NCBI GenBank assembly: GCA_035707905.1 | Contig: DASSTN010000219.1 | Span: forward strand, 1 to 46,300 | Source of the DNA: Intrasporangium sp. | GTDB taxonomy: Bacteria; Actinomycetota; Actinomycetes; Actinomycetales; Dermatophilaceae | Direction of reading: 5' to 3' | Length of the DNA stretch: 46,300 nucleotides | Part shown: piece after piece, positions 19,819 to 29,297 of the stretch | Position numbering within the stretch: the first letter of the stretch is position 1 | Layout of the letters: every line of letters starts with the position of its first letter | Notes under the pieces: model-generated | Seen by the model: the letters and a program-made list of their open reading frames with translations, nothing else | What the model was told of the DNA's origin: nothing | Database searches by the model: none | Position numbers and translations under genes: made by a program

Positions 19819-21225
19819 TCAGACCCGGTGCGCCTCGCTGAGGCGCTGTCCCCGGCCGAGGCCCCACGACACGAGGGCCGCCGCCAGCAGCGCGGCCCAG
19901 AGCAGGCCCGTGACGTCTGCCCGGGCGAGCACGAACCCGACCGTCCCGACGACGAGGACGGCGACCGTCGGCAGGATGTACCAGCCGATGAGGATCGCCG
20001 GGCCGGACGAGTCGGCGCGGAACATCGAGCGCGGCGGTGAGCCGCGGAACGCCGCGAGCAGGTGCCCCCCTGCCAGCACGGCGACGAGCACGACAACAAG
20101 GCCGATGGCGCTCGCCGGTACCCCTCCGACCACGACCGCAGCGGTGGCGAGGCCGCCGCCCAGCGCCACGAGGGTCAGGAGGCAGGGCACGACGAGGTGG
20201 GCGAGCGACTCGGTGCGCGGCGGGATGCCGAGGAGCGGAGGCGTCCCGATCGTGTCCGCCTGCAGTCGCAGGCCCTCGGCCCAGGCGCCGAAGCCGAAGT
20301 AGGCCGGCAGCAGGCCCAAGGTCAGGGACACCGCAGGCGCGACCGGATGGGTCAGGGCCCACGAGATCACCACGGCACCAATGGCGCTGAGGCCAAGGCC
20401 TGTCCAGAACGTCGACGGCAGCCGGCGCATCCCCAGCAGGTCGCGCCGAACGATGACGGTCGTCGGGCCGCCGGGCCGCAGTCGAGCGGTCCGCCCGTGC
20501 CGGATCGGCCTGGCGAGCTGGAGCCTCGCCGTCCGCAGGTTGCCGGAGAGTACGGAGCCGCCGATCGTCGAGCTGTTCGCCGCGTGACGGCGCAGCACCT
20601 CGATGTGCAAGGTTCGCAATGCGATCCGGCCGCGCAGCAGAGTCGCGGCGCCGCGGCCAGCCCCCGGCCAGGCGCGCACCTGACCCCAGAGCCAGAGGGA
20701 TGCAGCCAGCCACCCGAGAACCGCGCCGGCGAGGGTGACGAGCACAGCGGCATACCAGGATGCCATCCCGGCGAAGGCCACGCCGGCGCCGACGGTGACG
20801 CCCGCGAGCGCGCCGAGGAAGATGCACAGCCCGAGGGCGAGGCGCCACCACCGCCCGACGGCGACGGCCCGGTCGATGGGCGCCGTCACGACGTGGTCGA
20901 TCCACGGCAGCGGCGGCACGACGGGGCCGCGGTAGGCGCCGGCGGCGAACATCGACGCGAGGATGGCGGCGAGCGCCGCGGCGAGCACCCCGAAGGCAAG
21001 GGGTGTCTGGAGCTGGGCCCGCAGGGCCACCGGGTCGGCGGTCTTGACGACGGCCTGGACGATGGGGAACCCGTAGGCGAGCGCGGCGAGGAAGGCGACG
21101 TAGCCGGCGTACGAGGCCTGGCGGCGTCCCTTGCGGCCGGCGTCACCGCCGATGACCCAGTCCGCCTGGCCGACGAGCTCGTGGTCGTCGACCTCGAGGA
21201 CCGCCTGAGGGGCCGGACCCTTCAT
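19819..21225 (-). CDS. Multi-pass membrane protein, probable ABC-associated permease (DUF6297-like)
   Basis: Highly hydrophobic; start overlaps the upstream ABC ATPase stop. Confidence 0.7.
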   Translation of the reverse strand: MKGPAPQAVLEVDDHELVGQADWVIGGDAGRKGRRQASYAGYVAFLAALAYGFPIVQAVVKTADPVALRAQLQTPLAFGVLAAALAAILASMFAAGAYRGPVVPPLPWIDHVVTAPIDRAVAVGRWWRLALGLCIFLGALAGVTVGAGVAFAGMASWYAAVLVTLAGAVLGWLAASLWLWGQVRAWPGAGRGAATLLRGRIALRTLHIEVLRRHAANSSTIGGSVLSGNLRTARLQLARPIRHGRTARLRPGGPTTVIVRRDLLGMRRLPSTFWTGLGLSAIGAVVISWALTHPVAPAVSLTLGLLPAYFGFGAWAEGLRLQADTIGTPPLLGIPPRTESLAHLVVPCLLTLVALGGGLATAAVVVGGVPASAIGLVVVLVAVLAGGHLLAAFRGSPPRSMFRADSSGPAILIGWYILPTVAVLVVGTVGFVLARADVTGLLWAALLAAALVSWGLGRGQRLSEAHRV

Positions 21226-21878
21226 CGGGCCGGGTCGACGTCGACGACGTGGTGGGCGAGGGCGGCGGTCATCTCCGGGTCATGGCACGCCATCACCACG
21301 GTGCCGCCGGACGTGGCCCGCTCGCGGATCAGCTCGGTGACGGTGACGCGCTTGCTCGTGTCGAGGCGCTGCTCCGGCTCGTCGAGCAGCAGCACCGAGC
21401 TCGGCCGCGAGAACGTGAGCGCCAGCCGGAACAGCTGCTCCTGACCAGAGCTGAGCTCGTGCGGGAACCGGTCGTGCAGGTGGCCGATCCCGAGCCGCGC
21501 CATCAGGCCGAGGCCCCGATCGTCCGAGGTGTTCGGGTCGCCGCCCCACGTCGAGTCGACGAGGACGAGGTGGTCGATGAGGGTGAGGTCGCGATACGTC
21601 GTCGGCGTGCCGGTGAGCGCCGCGACCGCTGCACGGACGACGGGGTTGCGTTCGTCGGCGGTCGTCCCGCCGATCGTGGCCGTGCCGACGGTCGGCTCGA
21701 GCAGGCCGCCGATCATCCGGAGCAGCGTGGTCTTCCCGGAGCCGTTCGGGCCGCGCAGCACGACGCACTGCCCGGGGTCCGCCTTCACGGTGGTGGGCCG
21801 GACGAGCGTGGTGGTGTCGATCGTCTTGCCGACGCCGTCGGCGCGCACCTCGCCGCGCAACAGGGTGATCGTGCTCAT
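21222..21878 (-). CDS. ABC transporter ATP-binding protein
   Basis: GPNGSGKT, LSSGQ, LLLDEP, H-switch; RBS GGAGG before ATG 21878. Confidence 0.9.
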   Translation of the reverse strand: MSTITLLRGEVRADGVGKTIDTTTLVRPTTVKADPGQCVVLRGPNGSGKTTLLRMIGGLLEPTVGTATIGGTTADERNPVVRAAVAALTGTPTTYRDLTLIDHLVLVDSTWGGDPNTSDDRGLGLMARLGIGHLHDRFPHELSSGQEQLFRLALTFSRPSSVLLLDEPEQRLDTSKRVTVTELIRERATSGGTVVMACHDPEMTAALAHHVVDVDPAR

Positions 21879-21954
21879 GTGGCCTCCCGCTCGGGTTCCT
21901 CGCGATGCCACCGTATGCCGCTCACCCGCCTCCCGCTGCACGGCCAGCCAGGTG

Positions 21955-22416
21955 TCAGCCGCCGACGCTGGCCGGCGGGCCGACGACGAGGGCGACGCCC
22001 GTCAGGGCAGCAACGGCGACGAGGCCGACCGCGACGGCGACCGCCGGTCGAGCGAGCAGCGCGTGCAGCACCCGCTCGACGGCGTTCTCCGGGCGTGCCT
22101 CGGTGTGGCCGAGGCGCCACGCGCCCTCGAGGGCGCCGGCGCGCTCCATCCGGCGCTCGAACCAGACCGTCAGGAACGGCGGGACCGCGCTCGCCAGGCC
22201 GAGCAGACCCTGACGGGCGGTCCACCGCTGGTTGACCCAGACCAGGACCGTGAAGAGGCAGAACGCGATGAAGACGACGCCGTGGACCATCCCGAACACC
22301 TTGACGCCGAGGTCGGTCGTCCGGGTCACGTACTTGAGGGCCATCCCCAGCAGCAACAGGGCCCACGACACCACCTCGGCGAGGGCGATCCGGCGGTACA
22401 GGGTGCGGGGCGACAT
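21955..22416 (-). CDS. DUF3817-type membrane protein
   Basis: YRRIALAEVVSWALLL.GM.LKY...GMVHGVVF...ASAVPPF; RBS AGGAG. Confidence 0.8.
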   Translation of the reverse strand: MSPRTLYRRIALAEVVSWALLLLGMALKYVTRTTDLGVKVFGMVHGVVFIAFCLFTVLVWVNQRWTARQGLLGLASAVPPFLTVWFERRMERAGALEGAWRLGHTEARPENAVERVLHALLARPAVAVAVGLVAVAALTGVALVVGPPASVGG

Positions 22417-22552
22417 GGCTCTCCTACGGAATGTCGTAAAGGTCGGTGGGCCCAGTGTCACAAACGTCCCGGTCAGGACGTAATCGCGGATCTGCCCAGA
22501 GGAGGTCGTCGCGAGCCGGGCGCAGGGGAGAGGCTGGCGTTACGGTCGAGCC

Positions 22553-23326
22553 ATGAGCGACTTCGAGCACCTCCTCGTCGGCCGGGACGGCGACACGGTC
22601 ACCGTCACCATGAACCGGCCCGCGCGGCGCAACTCCCTTTCGGAAGACCACCTGGCCGAGCTGCTGCGCGCCTTCCGTGAGACCGCTGAGACGGACGCGA
22701 CCGGGATCATCCTTGCCGCGAACGCCCCGGTCTTCTCCGCCGGGCACGACTTCGGCGACGTCGCAGCCCGCGACCTCACGGGCGTGCGGGACCTCCTCCG
22801 TCTCTGCACCGAGCTCATGCAGACGATCGAGACGGTGCCCCAGGTCGTCATCGCCCGGGTGCACGCGCTCGCCACCGCCGCCGGCTGCCAGCTCGTCGCC
22901 TCGTGTGACCTCGCCGTCGCAGCGGAGTCGGCCGGGTTCGCGCTGCCGGGAGGCAAGGGCGGCTGGTTCTGCCACACCCCCGCCGTGCCGGTGGCCCGGA
23001 GCATCGGCCGAAAACGGCTCATGGAGATGGCCCTCACCGGTGACGTCGTGGACGCGCCGACCGCGCTCGACTGGGGTCTGGTCAACAGGGTCGTGCCGGA
23101 TGCCGACCTCGACACCGCCGTGAGCGAGCTGCTCGCCCGCGCCACGAAGGGCTCCCGGGCGAGCAAGGCTCTCGGCAAGCAGACCCTGCACGCCCAGCTG
23201 GGCCGTCCGGAGACGGACGCCTACACGATCGCCGTCGAGGTGATGGCGGCCGCGTCGCAGCTCGCCGGTGCCAAGGAGGGGATGGCGGCCTTCCTCGAGA
23301 AGCGCCAGCCCAAGTGGCCCGACTGA
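22553..23326 (+). CDS. Enoyl-CoA hydratase family protein
   Basis: NRPARRNSL, FSAGHDF, ATAAGCQLVASCDL, EGMAAFLEKR. Confidence 0.92.
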   Translation: MSDFEHLLVGRDGDTVTVTMNRPARRNSLSEDHLAELLRAFRETAETDATGIILAANAPVFSAGHDFGDVAARDLTGVRDLLRLCTELMQTIETVPQVVIARVHALATAAGCQLVASCDLAVAAESAGFALPGGKGGWFCHTPAVPVARSIGRKRLMEMALTGDVVDAPTALDWGLVNRVVPDADLDTAVSELLARATKGSRASKALGKQTLHAQLGRPETDAYTIAVEVMAAASQLAGAKEGMAAFLEKRQPKWPD

Positions 23327-23355
23327 CGCCGAGCCCACGCTCCCGCGGGAGCGCC

Positions 23356-23388
23356 GTGAGCCGCATACGCGCTCCGTATGCCGCTCAG
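23356..23388. repeat. Inverted-pair hairpin of the GTATGCCGC motif (one arm variant)
   Basis: GTGAGCCGCATACGCGCTCCGTATGCCGCTCA, nearly identical to 32055-32087. Confidence 0.8.
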
Positions 23389-23428
23389 CCAGCCTCGCGC
23401 CCCCGCCACCTCCCCTGGCTCCCTCGTC

Positions 23429-23520
23429 ACCTGCACCGCTGAGCGGGGCAGGGGGCCCGCTGCCCCGCTCAGCGGTGCAGGGGGCCCGCTGCCCCTCTGG
23501 GCGGGGCAGGTCACCAGCGT
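23429..23520. repeat. 29-bp tandem array (about 2.7 units), inverted relative of 4640-4760
   Basis: ACCTGCACCGCTGAGCGGGGCAGGGGGCCCG...GCGGGGCAGGTCACCAGCGT. Confidence 0.85.
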
Positions 23521-23650
23521 GCGGACTAGGGGATGGGCTCCTGCTTCCTGGGGCCGTTGTGGCGCGGATGGGATGGCGCGCTCAGTCGACGGTCCACAGG
23601 GGAGTGAGCGGCGTAGGAGGGGGTCGGTGGTGGCGGTTAGGGTTTTCGCC

Positions 23651-26071
23651 ATGGCCACCGCCCTGTATCGCCGCTACCGGCCCGAGAGCTTCGCCGACGT
23701 CATCGGCCAGGAGCACGTCACGGAGCCGCTCATGCAGGCGCTGCGGACGGCGCGAGTCGGGCACGCCTACCTCTTCAGCGGCCCCCGCGGCTGTGGCAAG
23801 ACGACGAGTGCGCGCATCCTCGCCCGTTGCCTCAACTGCGAGCAGGGGCCGACGCCGACGCCGTGCGGCACGTGCGACTCGTGCGTGGCCCTCGCACGAG
23901 GTGGCCCGGGCAGCGTCGACGTCATCGAGATCGACGCGGCGAGCCACGGCGGCGTCGACGACGCCCGCGACCTGCGCGAGCGGGCGAGCTACGGGCCGGC
24001 GCAGAGCCGTTACAAGATCTACATCATCGACGAGGCGCACATGGTCACGCCGCAGGGCTTCAACGCCCTGCTCAAGATCGTCGAGGAGCCGCCAGAGCAC
24101 GTGAAGTTCGTCTTCGCGACGACGGAGCCCGAGAAGGTCATCGGCACCATCCGCTCGCGCACTCACCACTACCCGTTCCGGCTCGTGCCGCCGGCGAAGC
24201 TCATCTCCTACATGGAGCGGCTGCTCGAGCAGGAGGGGGTGGCGGTCGAGCCCGGTGTCCTGTCGTTCGTCTCGCGGGCCGGCGGCGGCTCGGTGCGTGA
24301 CTCGCTGTCCGTGCTCGACCAGCTCATCGCGGGGTCCGGTCCCGAGGGGCTCACCTACGACGGCGCGGTCTCGCTCCTCGGCTTCACCGACGCGGAGCTG
24401 CTCGACGCGACGATCGATGCGCTCGCCGCGGGAGATGGTGCGGCGACGTTCCGGCAGGTCGACCGGGTCATCGAGTCGGGCCACGACCCGCGCCGCTTCG
24501 TCGAGGACCTGCTCGAGCGGCTGCGCGACCTCATCATCGTGGCGGCGGTCCAGGAGGGCGCGGGCCAGGTGCTGCGCGGCGTCCCCGAGGACCAGCTCGA
24601 GCGGATGCGGGTGCAGCAGGCGGCGTTCGGCCCGGGCGCCCTGTCCCGGGCCGCCGACATCGTCAACACCGGTCTCACCGAGATGACCGGCGCCACCTCG
24701 CCGCGCCTGCAGCTCGAGCTCATCTGCGCCCGCATCCTGCTGCCGGCTGCCTCCGGAGAGCAGGGGTATGCCGCTCGCCTCGACCGCATCGAGCGCCGGC
24801 TCGAGGTGGGTGGGGTCCCGAGCGGCTCCTCGACCCAGCCGCTCCCCCCGTCGACGGAGCGCCATGCGCCACCCACCCCGTCGGTTGCCCCCTCCACTGA
24901 ACGCCACGCCCCGGCTCCCGCGCCCGTTCCCTCCTCGAGTGATCGCTCGGCCCCATCGGCACCGGCGGCCCCGCCGGTTTCCCCCTCGAGTGATCGCTCC
25001 GCCGCACCGGCACCGGCGACCCCGTCGATTTCCCCCTCGAGTGATCGCTCGGCCCCAGTGGGCGCACCAGTTTCCCCGTCGAGTGATCGCCCCGCCCCAG
25101 CGGCCCCGTCGGCGGCTGGCCAGTCCAGCCAGGGGGGCCCGGGTCGGGCCGGTGGGCTCGACACCGACGCGATCCGCCGAGCGTGGCCCGATGTCCTCAA
25201 CCGCGTCTTCCAGATGCGCCGCGGCACGTGGACCCTCGTGTCACAGAACGCCCAGGTCATCGGTTACGACGGGCGCGTCCTCACGCTCGGCATCGCGACC
25301 GGGGGCATTGCCAACACGTTCCGCCAGGGCAACCACGCGGAGATCCTGCGCCAGGCGCTCATCGACGCGCTCGGGATCGACGCCAAGGTCGACGGAGTCC
25401 ACGCGCCCGACGCGTGGGAGCCCGGGCATGGCCAAGAGCCGTCTGCGCCCGCCTTCGGCGGGAGCCAGCCGGAGGGGGCCGCCCCCGCGGCGCCTCCGCC
25501 TCCTGAGCCGGCACCACCGGAGGCGGCGCCGCAGCCGGCCGCCCCCGAGCAGGCACCCGCACAGGCCGCCACGGTGTCGCAGTACCCTGCACCGTCACTG
25601 CGGGCGGCACCCCCGGCGCCCCCGGGGAACGCTGGCGCCATCGCCGATGCGGGGCTCGCCCCGGCACCGCCGCGCCGGTCCCTCGAGGACAACGCCGGCT
25701 GGGGGAGCGTGACGACCGCGCCCCCCGACTGGGCCACCGGCCCGGTGGCGCCGACCGCCGGCCGTCAGCAGGACCCCGAGCCGGAGCCGAGCGAGGCCTC
25801 CACGACCGGGGTGCCGCCCGAGCCGGAGAACCGCCAGCAGGCGGCACCCCGGAGCACCCGTTCGGGGGCCGACGCGGTCCGCGCGTCGCTCGATGCCGCC
25901 CGCCGCGCGGGAGCTCCCACCCGGCCGAGCAAGGACGAGGCTCGCAAGCCCTTCACCGACGACTCGGCCGTGAGCGACGACGACGAGGACATCGAGGTCT
26001 CGACCGACGTCGGCCGCGCCGTGATCGAGAAGGTCCTCGGCGGCAGAGTGCTCCACGAGTTCGACGAATAG
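23651..26071 (+). CDS. dnaX: DNA polymerase III subunit gamma/tau
   Basis: ALYRRYRP, GPRGCGKT, C4 zinc module, IIDEAHM, TIRSR; long Pro/Ala linker. Confidence 0.97.
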   Translation: MATALYRRYRPESFADVIGQEHVTEPLMQALRTARVGHAYLFSGPRGCGKTTSARILARCLNCEQGPTPTPCGTCDSCVALARGGPGSVDVIEIDAASHGGVDDARDLRERASYGPAQSRYKIYIIDEAHMVTPQGFNALLKIVEEPPEHVKFVFATTEPEKVIGTIRSRTHHYPFRLVPPAKLISYMERLLEQEGVAVEPGVLSFVSRAGGGSVRDSLSVLDQLIAGSGPEGLTYDGAVSLLGFTDAELLDATIDALAAGDGAATFRQVDRVIESGHDPRRFVEDLLERLRDLIIVAAVQEGAGQVLRGVPEDQLERMRVQQAAFGPGALSRAADIVNTGLTEMTGATSPRLQLELICARILLPAASGEQGYAARLDRIERRLEVGGVPSGSSTQPLPPSTERHAPPTPSVAPSTERHAPAPAPVPSSSDRSAPSAPAAPPVSPSSDRSAAPAPATPSISPSSDRSAPVGAPVSPSSDRPAPAAPSAAGQSSQGGPGRAGGLDTDAIRRAWPDVLNRVFQMRRGTWTLVSQNAQVIGYDGRVLTLGIATGGIANTFRQGNHAEILRQALIDALGIDAKVDGVHAPDAWEPGHGQEPSAPAFGGSQPEGAAPAAPPPPEPAPPEAAPQPAAPEQAPAQAATVSQYPAPSLRAAPPAPPGNAGAIADAGLAPAPPRRSLEDNAGWGSVTTAPPDWATGPVAPTAGRQQDPEPEPSEASTTGVPPEPENRQQAAPRSTRSGADAVRASLDAARRAGAPTRPSKDEARKPFTDDSAVSDDDEDIEVSTDVGRAVIEKVLGGRVLHEFDE
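24845..25092 (+). repeat. In-frame 42/51-bp repeat array in the dnaX linker
   Basis: Cores TCGACGGAGCGC, TCCACTGAACGC and 4x TCGAGTGATCGC at 24851, 24893, 24935, 24986, 25037, 25079. Confidence 0.8.
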
Positions 26072-26108
26072 CGGCGCACCGACTCCGAGTCGCGGCTACC
26101 GTCACGAG

Positions 26109-26867
26109 ATGGCCTTCGATGTCGCCGGCGACGCCTACAGCCAGTTCATGGGGCGCTACTCAGAGCCGCTCGCGACGCAGTTCGTCGACTGGCTCTCACC
26201 ACCCGCCGAGGCGATCGCGCTCGATATCGGTTGCGGTCCGGGCGCGCTCACCTCAGTCCTCGTCGACCGCTACGGCAGCGACCGGGTCCATGCCGCCGAC
26301 CCCTCAGCGCCATTCCGGGAGGCGCTGCACAAGCGGCTGCCGGAGGTCGACGTCCGCGACGCCACGGCCGCAGACCTCCCCTGGGCAGACGGCGAGTTCG
26401 ATCTCGCTCTCGCGTCGCTCGTCGTCCACTTCATGCCCGACCCGGTTGCAGGTCTCGCCGAGATGCGGCGGGTGACGAGACCGGGCGGCATCGTGGCGGC
26501 GACCGTGTGGGACATCGGGGGACAGCGTGCGCCCGTCAGCCTGCTGATGCTTGCCGCCCAGGAGCTCGAGCCGACGGTGCCCGGCGACGAGGGGCTGCCC
26601 GGCGCGGTCCGGGGCCAGCTCCCGACCTACTTCGAGAAGGCAGGTCTGACCGAGGTCGAGGAGACGGAGCTGGAGGTGGCGGTCACCTACACGTCGTTCG
26701 ACGAGTGGTGGGAGCCATACACGCTCGGTGTCGGTCCGGCCGGCGACTACGTCCGCGGCCTGACCACGGAGAAGCGCGAGGCGCTGCGCCAACGGTGCCG
26801 CGAGCGGATGGGGGAGGCTCCCTTCGACGTTCGGGCCACCGCTTGGGCCGTCGTAGGGCGGGTGTGA
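26109..26867 (+). CDS. Class I SAM-dependent methyltransferase
   Basis: AYSQFMGRYS, LDIGCGPG, EMRRVTRPGG. Confidence 0.9.
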   Translation: MAFDVAGDAYSQFMGRYSEPLATQFVDWLSPPAEAIALDIGCGPGALTSVLVDRYGSDRVHAADPSAPFREALHKRLPEVDVRDATAADLPWADGEFDLALASLVVHFMPDPVAGLAEMRRVTRPGGIVAATVWDIGGQRAPVSLLMLAAQELEPTVPGDEGLPGAVRGQLPTYFEKAGLTEVEETELEVAVTYTSFDEWWEPYTLGVGPAGDYVRGLTTEKREALRQRCRERMGEAPFDVRATAWAVVGRV

Positions 26868-26943
26868 GGTAGATCGCGCCGATTCCCCACCGCGTCGTGA
26901 ACGTGTGCAGGCTGGCAGCCCGGTGCACCCCTAAAGTGGCCCC

Positions 26944-27615
26944 ATGCTGTACAGCCTCAGCCGCGGAGTCCTCGTCCCGCTGAGCCGTGCGCTCTACCGC
27001 CCCACGATCATCGGCGCCGAGAACGTGCCCCGCTCCGGCGCAGTCATCCTCGCCAGCAACCACCTCAGCTTCATCGACTCCTTCGCGATCCCGCTCGCCT
27101 CGCCGCGCCAGGTCCGGTTCCTTGCCAAGGAGGAGTACTGGACCGCAACGGGCCTCGGTGGCCGGCTCCGGAAGGGGTTCTTCGACGCGGTGGGCATGGT
27201 GCCGGTCAACCGTCACTCCGCGACCGCAGCCCAGGAGAGCCTGGACAAGGGCCTCGAGGTGCTCCGTGCAGGTGATGCCTTCGGCATCTACCCAGAGGGC
27301 ACGCGCTCGAGGGATGGTCGCCTCTACAGGGGACACACCGGCCTGGCCTGGCTCGCGCTCAACGCCGCGGTGCCCGTTGTGCCCGTCGGGCTGATTGGCA
27401 CGGACAAGATCCAACCGGTTGGAGCGAGGTTCCCGACCCTCGCCAAGGTGACCGTCAAGTTCGGCACGATGATCCCGATCGAGGCCTACCAGGGATTGCC
27501 ACCCGGCAAGGCCCGGCGCCAGCTCACGGATGACGTCATGGAGGCCATTGCCGGGCTGACCGGCCAGGAACGGGCCCCCGGCTACAACGAGGTGCCGAAC
27601 CATCAGGGCCCCTGA
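26944..27615 (+). CDS. plsC: 1-acyl-sn-glycerol-3-phosphate acyltransferase (PlsC family)
   Basis: SNHLSFID, FLAK, YPEGTRS. Confidence 0.88.
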   Translation: MLYSLSRGVLVPLSRALYRPTIIGAENVPRSGAVILASNHLSFIDSFAIPLASPRQVRFLAKEEYWTATGLGGRLRKGFFDAVGMVPVNRHSATAAQESLDKGLEVLRAGDAFGIYPEGTRSRDGRLYRGHTGLAWLALNAAVPVVPVGLIGTDKIQPVGARFPTLAKVTVKFGTMIPIEAYQGLPPGKARRQLTDDVMEAIAGLTGQERAPGYNEVPNHQGP

Positions 27616-27624
27616 GGGCCTGAG

Positions 27625-27826
27625 TGCACGGTCGATCGGGATTGCTGCACGCTCGTCTTCGAAAGCCGCTCTGTCGACGGGGACGGCTGCACTGTCGACT
27701 GGGAAAGCTGCACTGTCGACGGGGATTGCTGCACTGTCGATCGGGAATGGCGCACGGTCGATAGGGATTGCTGCACTGTCGATTGGGAATGGCGCACGGT
27801 CGATTGGGAGAAGTGCACTGTCGATG
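27625..27826. repeat. 21-bp degenerate tandem repeat (about 9.6 units) upstream of recR
   Basis: Approximate consensus (T/C)GCAC(T/G)GTCGA(T/C)NGGGANNG(C/G); units every 21 bp from 27625. Confidence 0.92.
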
Positions 27827-27862
27827 TCGGGGGGTGCCGGCGGGACGACATAGGGTGAGGTC

Positions 27863-28468
27863 GTGTACGAAGGCGCGGTCCAGGACCTCATCGACGAACT
27901 CGGGCGACTCCCCGGGGTGGGCCCCAAGAGCGCCCAGCGGATCGCGTTCCACCTCCTGCAGGCCGACGCCGAGGACGTGACGCGGCTCGTCACCGCGCTC
28001 ACCGAGGTCAAGGCGAAGGTCCGCTTCTGCGAGGAGTGCGGCAACGTCGCCCAGGGTGAGCGCTGCCGGATCTGCGCCGACCCCCGCCGCGACCACTCCG
28101 CGATCTGCGTCGTGGAGGAGCCCAAGGATGTCGTCGCGATCGAACGCACCCGTGAGTTCCGGGGCACCTACCACGTGCTCGGCGGGGCGATCAGCCCCAT
28201 CGACGGCGTCGGCCCAGACGACCTGCGCGTCCGGGAGCTGATGCAGCGCCTCGCCGGCGGGGAGGTGCAGGAGGTCATCATCGCCACCGACCCGAACCTC
28301 GAGGGCGAGGCGACGGCGACCTACCTCAGCCGGCTGCTGCGCACCACCGTCCCGGACGTCGCCGTCACCCGCCTCGCCTCGGGCCTGCCGGTCGGCGGTG
28401 ACCTCGAGTACGCCGACGAGGTGACCCTGGGCCGGGCCTTCGAGGGCCGCCGCCGGGTCGACGCATGA
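27863..28468 (+). CDS. recR: Recombination mediator RecR
   Basis: [18 protein letters not shown]4 zinc finger, [22 protein letters not shown]. Confidence 0.98.
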   Translation: MYEGAVQDLIDELGRLPGVGPKSAQRIAFHLLQADAEDVTRLVTALTEVKAKVRFCEECGNVAQGERCRICADPRRDHSAICVVEEPKDVVAIERTREFRGTYHVLGGAISPIDGVGPDDLRVRELMQRLAGGEVQEVIIATDPNLEGEATATYLSRLLRTTVPDVAVTRLASGLPVGGDLEYADEVTLGRAFEGRRRVDA

Positions 28469-28546
28469 CCCGCCACGCGAGAGACTGAACGTGGCCGCGG
28501 AGCAAGCTCTGCGGCATACCTCCACACACCCAACGGGGAAGGCCAC

Positions 28547-29119
28547 ATGACCACCGAAGCGAGCGGCGCCGACGACCTCACCACCCTTGCCGAGCTGACG
28601 GCGCGCGAGGCGAGTGCCTACCTCACGACGGTCACGGAGGTCGCGTCCGGCAGCTCTCCCGACACCGCGATCCCCGTCCTGACCCTCGCCCTCTCGCAGA
28701 TCCTCGTCGCCGGGGCGCGGCTCGGTGCGATCCAGGACGTGGTGCCCGAGGAGCGTTACGAGACCGACCTCGGCCCGGACGAGGACGCCGACCCGCTCCG
28801 CACCGGCCTGGCGAACCTCTTCACGGGCATCGACGAGTACGCCGACGTCGTCGACCCGCTCACCTCTGCCGAGCGGGCGCCGGGCGCCATCAGCAACGAC
28901 CTCGCCGACATCGCGCTGGCCCTGACCCACGGGCTCAAGCACTTCGCGGCCGGCCGAACCGCCGAGGCGCTCTGGTGGTGGCAGTTCAGCTACCTCTCCT
29001 CGTGGGGCGACCGCGCGTCGAGCGCGCTGCGGGTACTCCAGTCGGTGCTGTCGCACCTGCGCCTCGACGCCGACGAGGAGGAGGTCGCCGAGGCCGAGTT
29101 CGACGCGCTGCACCCCTGA
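28547..29119 (+). CDS. DUF5063-type conserved actinobacterial protein
   Basis: EALWWWQFSYLSSWG motif; position between recR and ask. Confidence 0.8.
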   Translation: MTTEASGADDLTTLAELTAREASAYLTTVTEVASGSSPDTAIPVLTLALSQILVAGARLGAIQDVVPEERYETDLGPDEDADPLRTGLANLFTGIDEYADVVDPLTSAERAPGAISNDLADIALALTHGLKHFAAGRTAEALWWWQFSYLSSWGDRASSALRVLQSVLSHLRLDADEEEVAEAEFDALHP

Positions 29120-29124
29120 CCGGC

Positions 29125-29195
29125 GCAACGCACCGGGTTGTCGTCAACACCCCGGGCTCCGAGCCGGGTGCGCTGTCGGTGAGCCGGTGAGTTGC
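29125..29195. repeat. Degenerate copy of the 15598-15668 palindromic element
   Basis: GCAACGCACCGGGTTGTCGTCAACACCCCGGG...CCGGTGAGTTGC. Confidence 0.7.
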
Positions 29196-29297
29196 GGTAG
29201 GACTCGGCGTGTCTCAGGGGACGACCGCGGGGCGTGGTGCCGGGGAGGGCGTCCCTAGAATCGACACGGCCCAAGTCGAGTCGTCCCGGGAGTCAGT

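Noticed and set aside
19784-20905. 777-aa ORF suggesting a long Eis fusion
   Set aside because: The upstream part is an alternative frame of the membrane-protein gene; the Eis-like sequence begins at ATG 19783.
23378-23650. N-terminal extension of DnaX
   Set aside because: It translates repeat DNA; the conserved start is MATALYRRYRP at 23651.
24845-25092. Repeat-spacer-like pattern resembling a mini-CRISPR
   Set aside because: In frame within dnaX, periods are multiples of 3, cores are short and the intervening sequences are related to each other.
23651-26071. Programmed frameshift producing the gamma subunit
   Set aside because: No A-AAA-AAG or poly-A slippery site is visible.
27625-27826. 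Possible CRISPR array
   Set aside because: Contiguous 21-bp units with no unique spacers, and no cas genes in the window.
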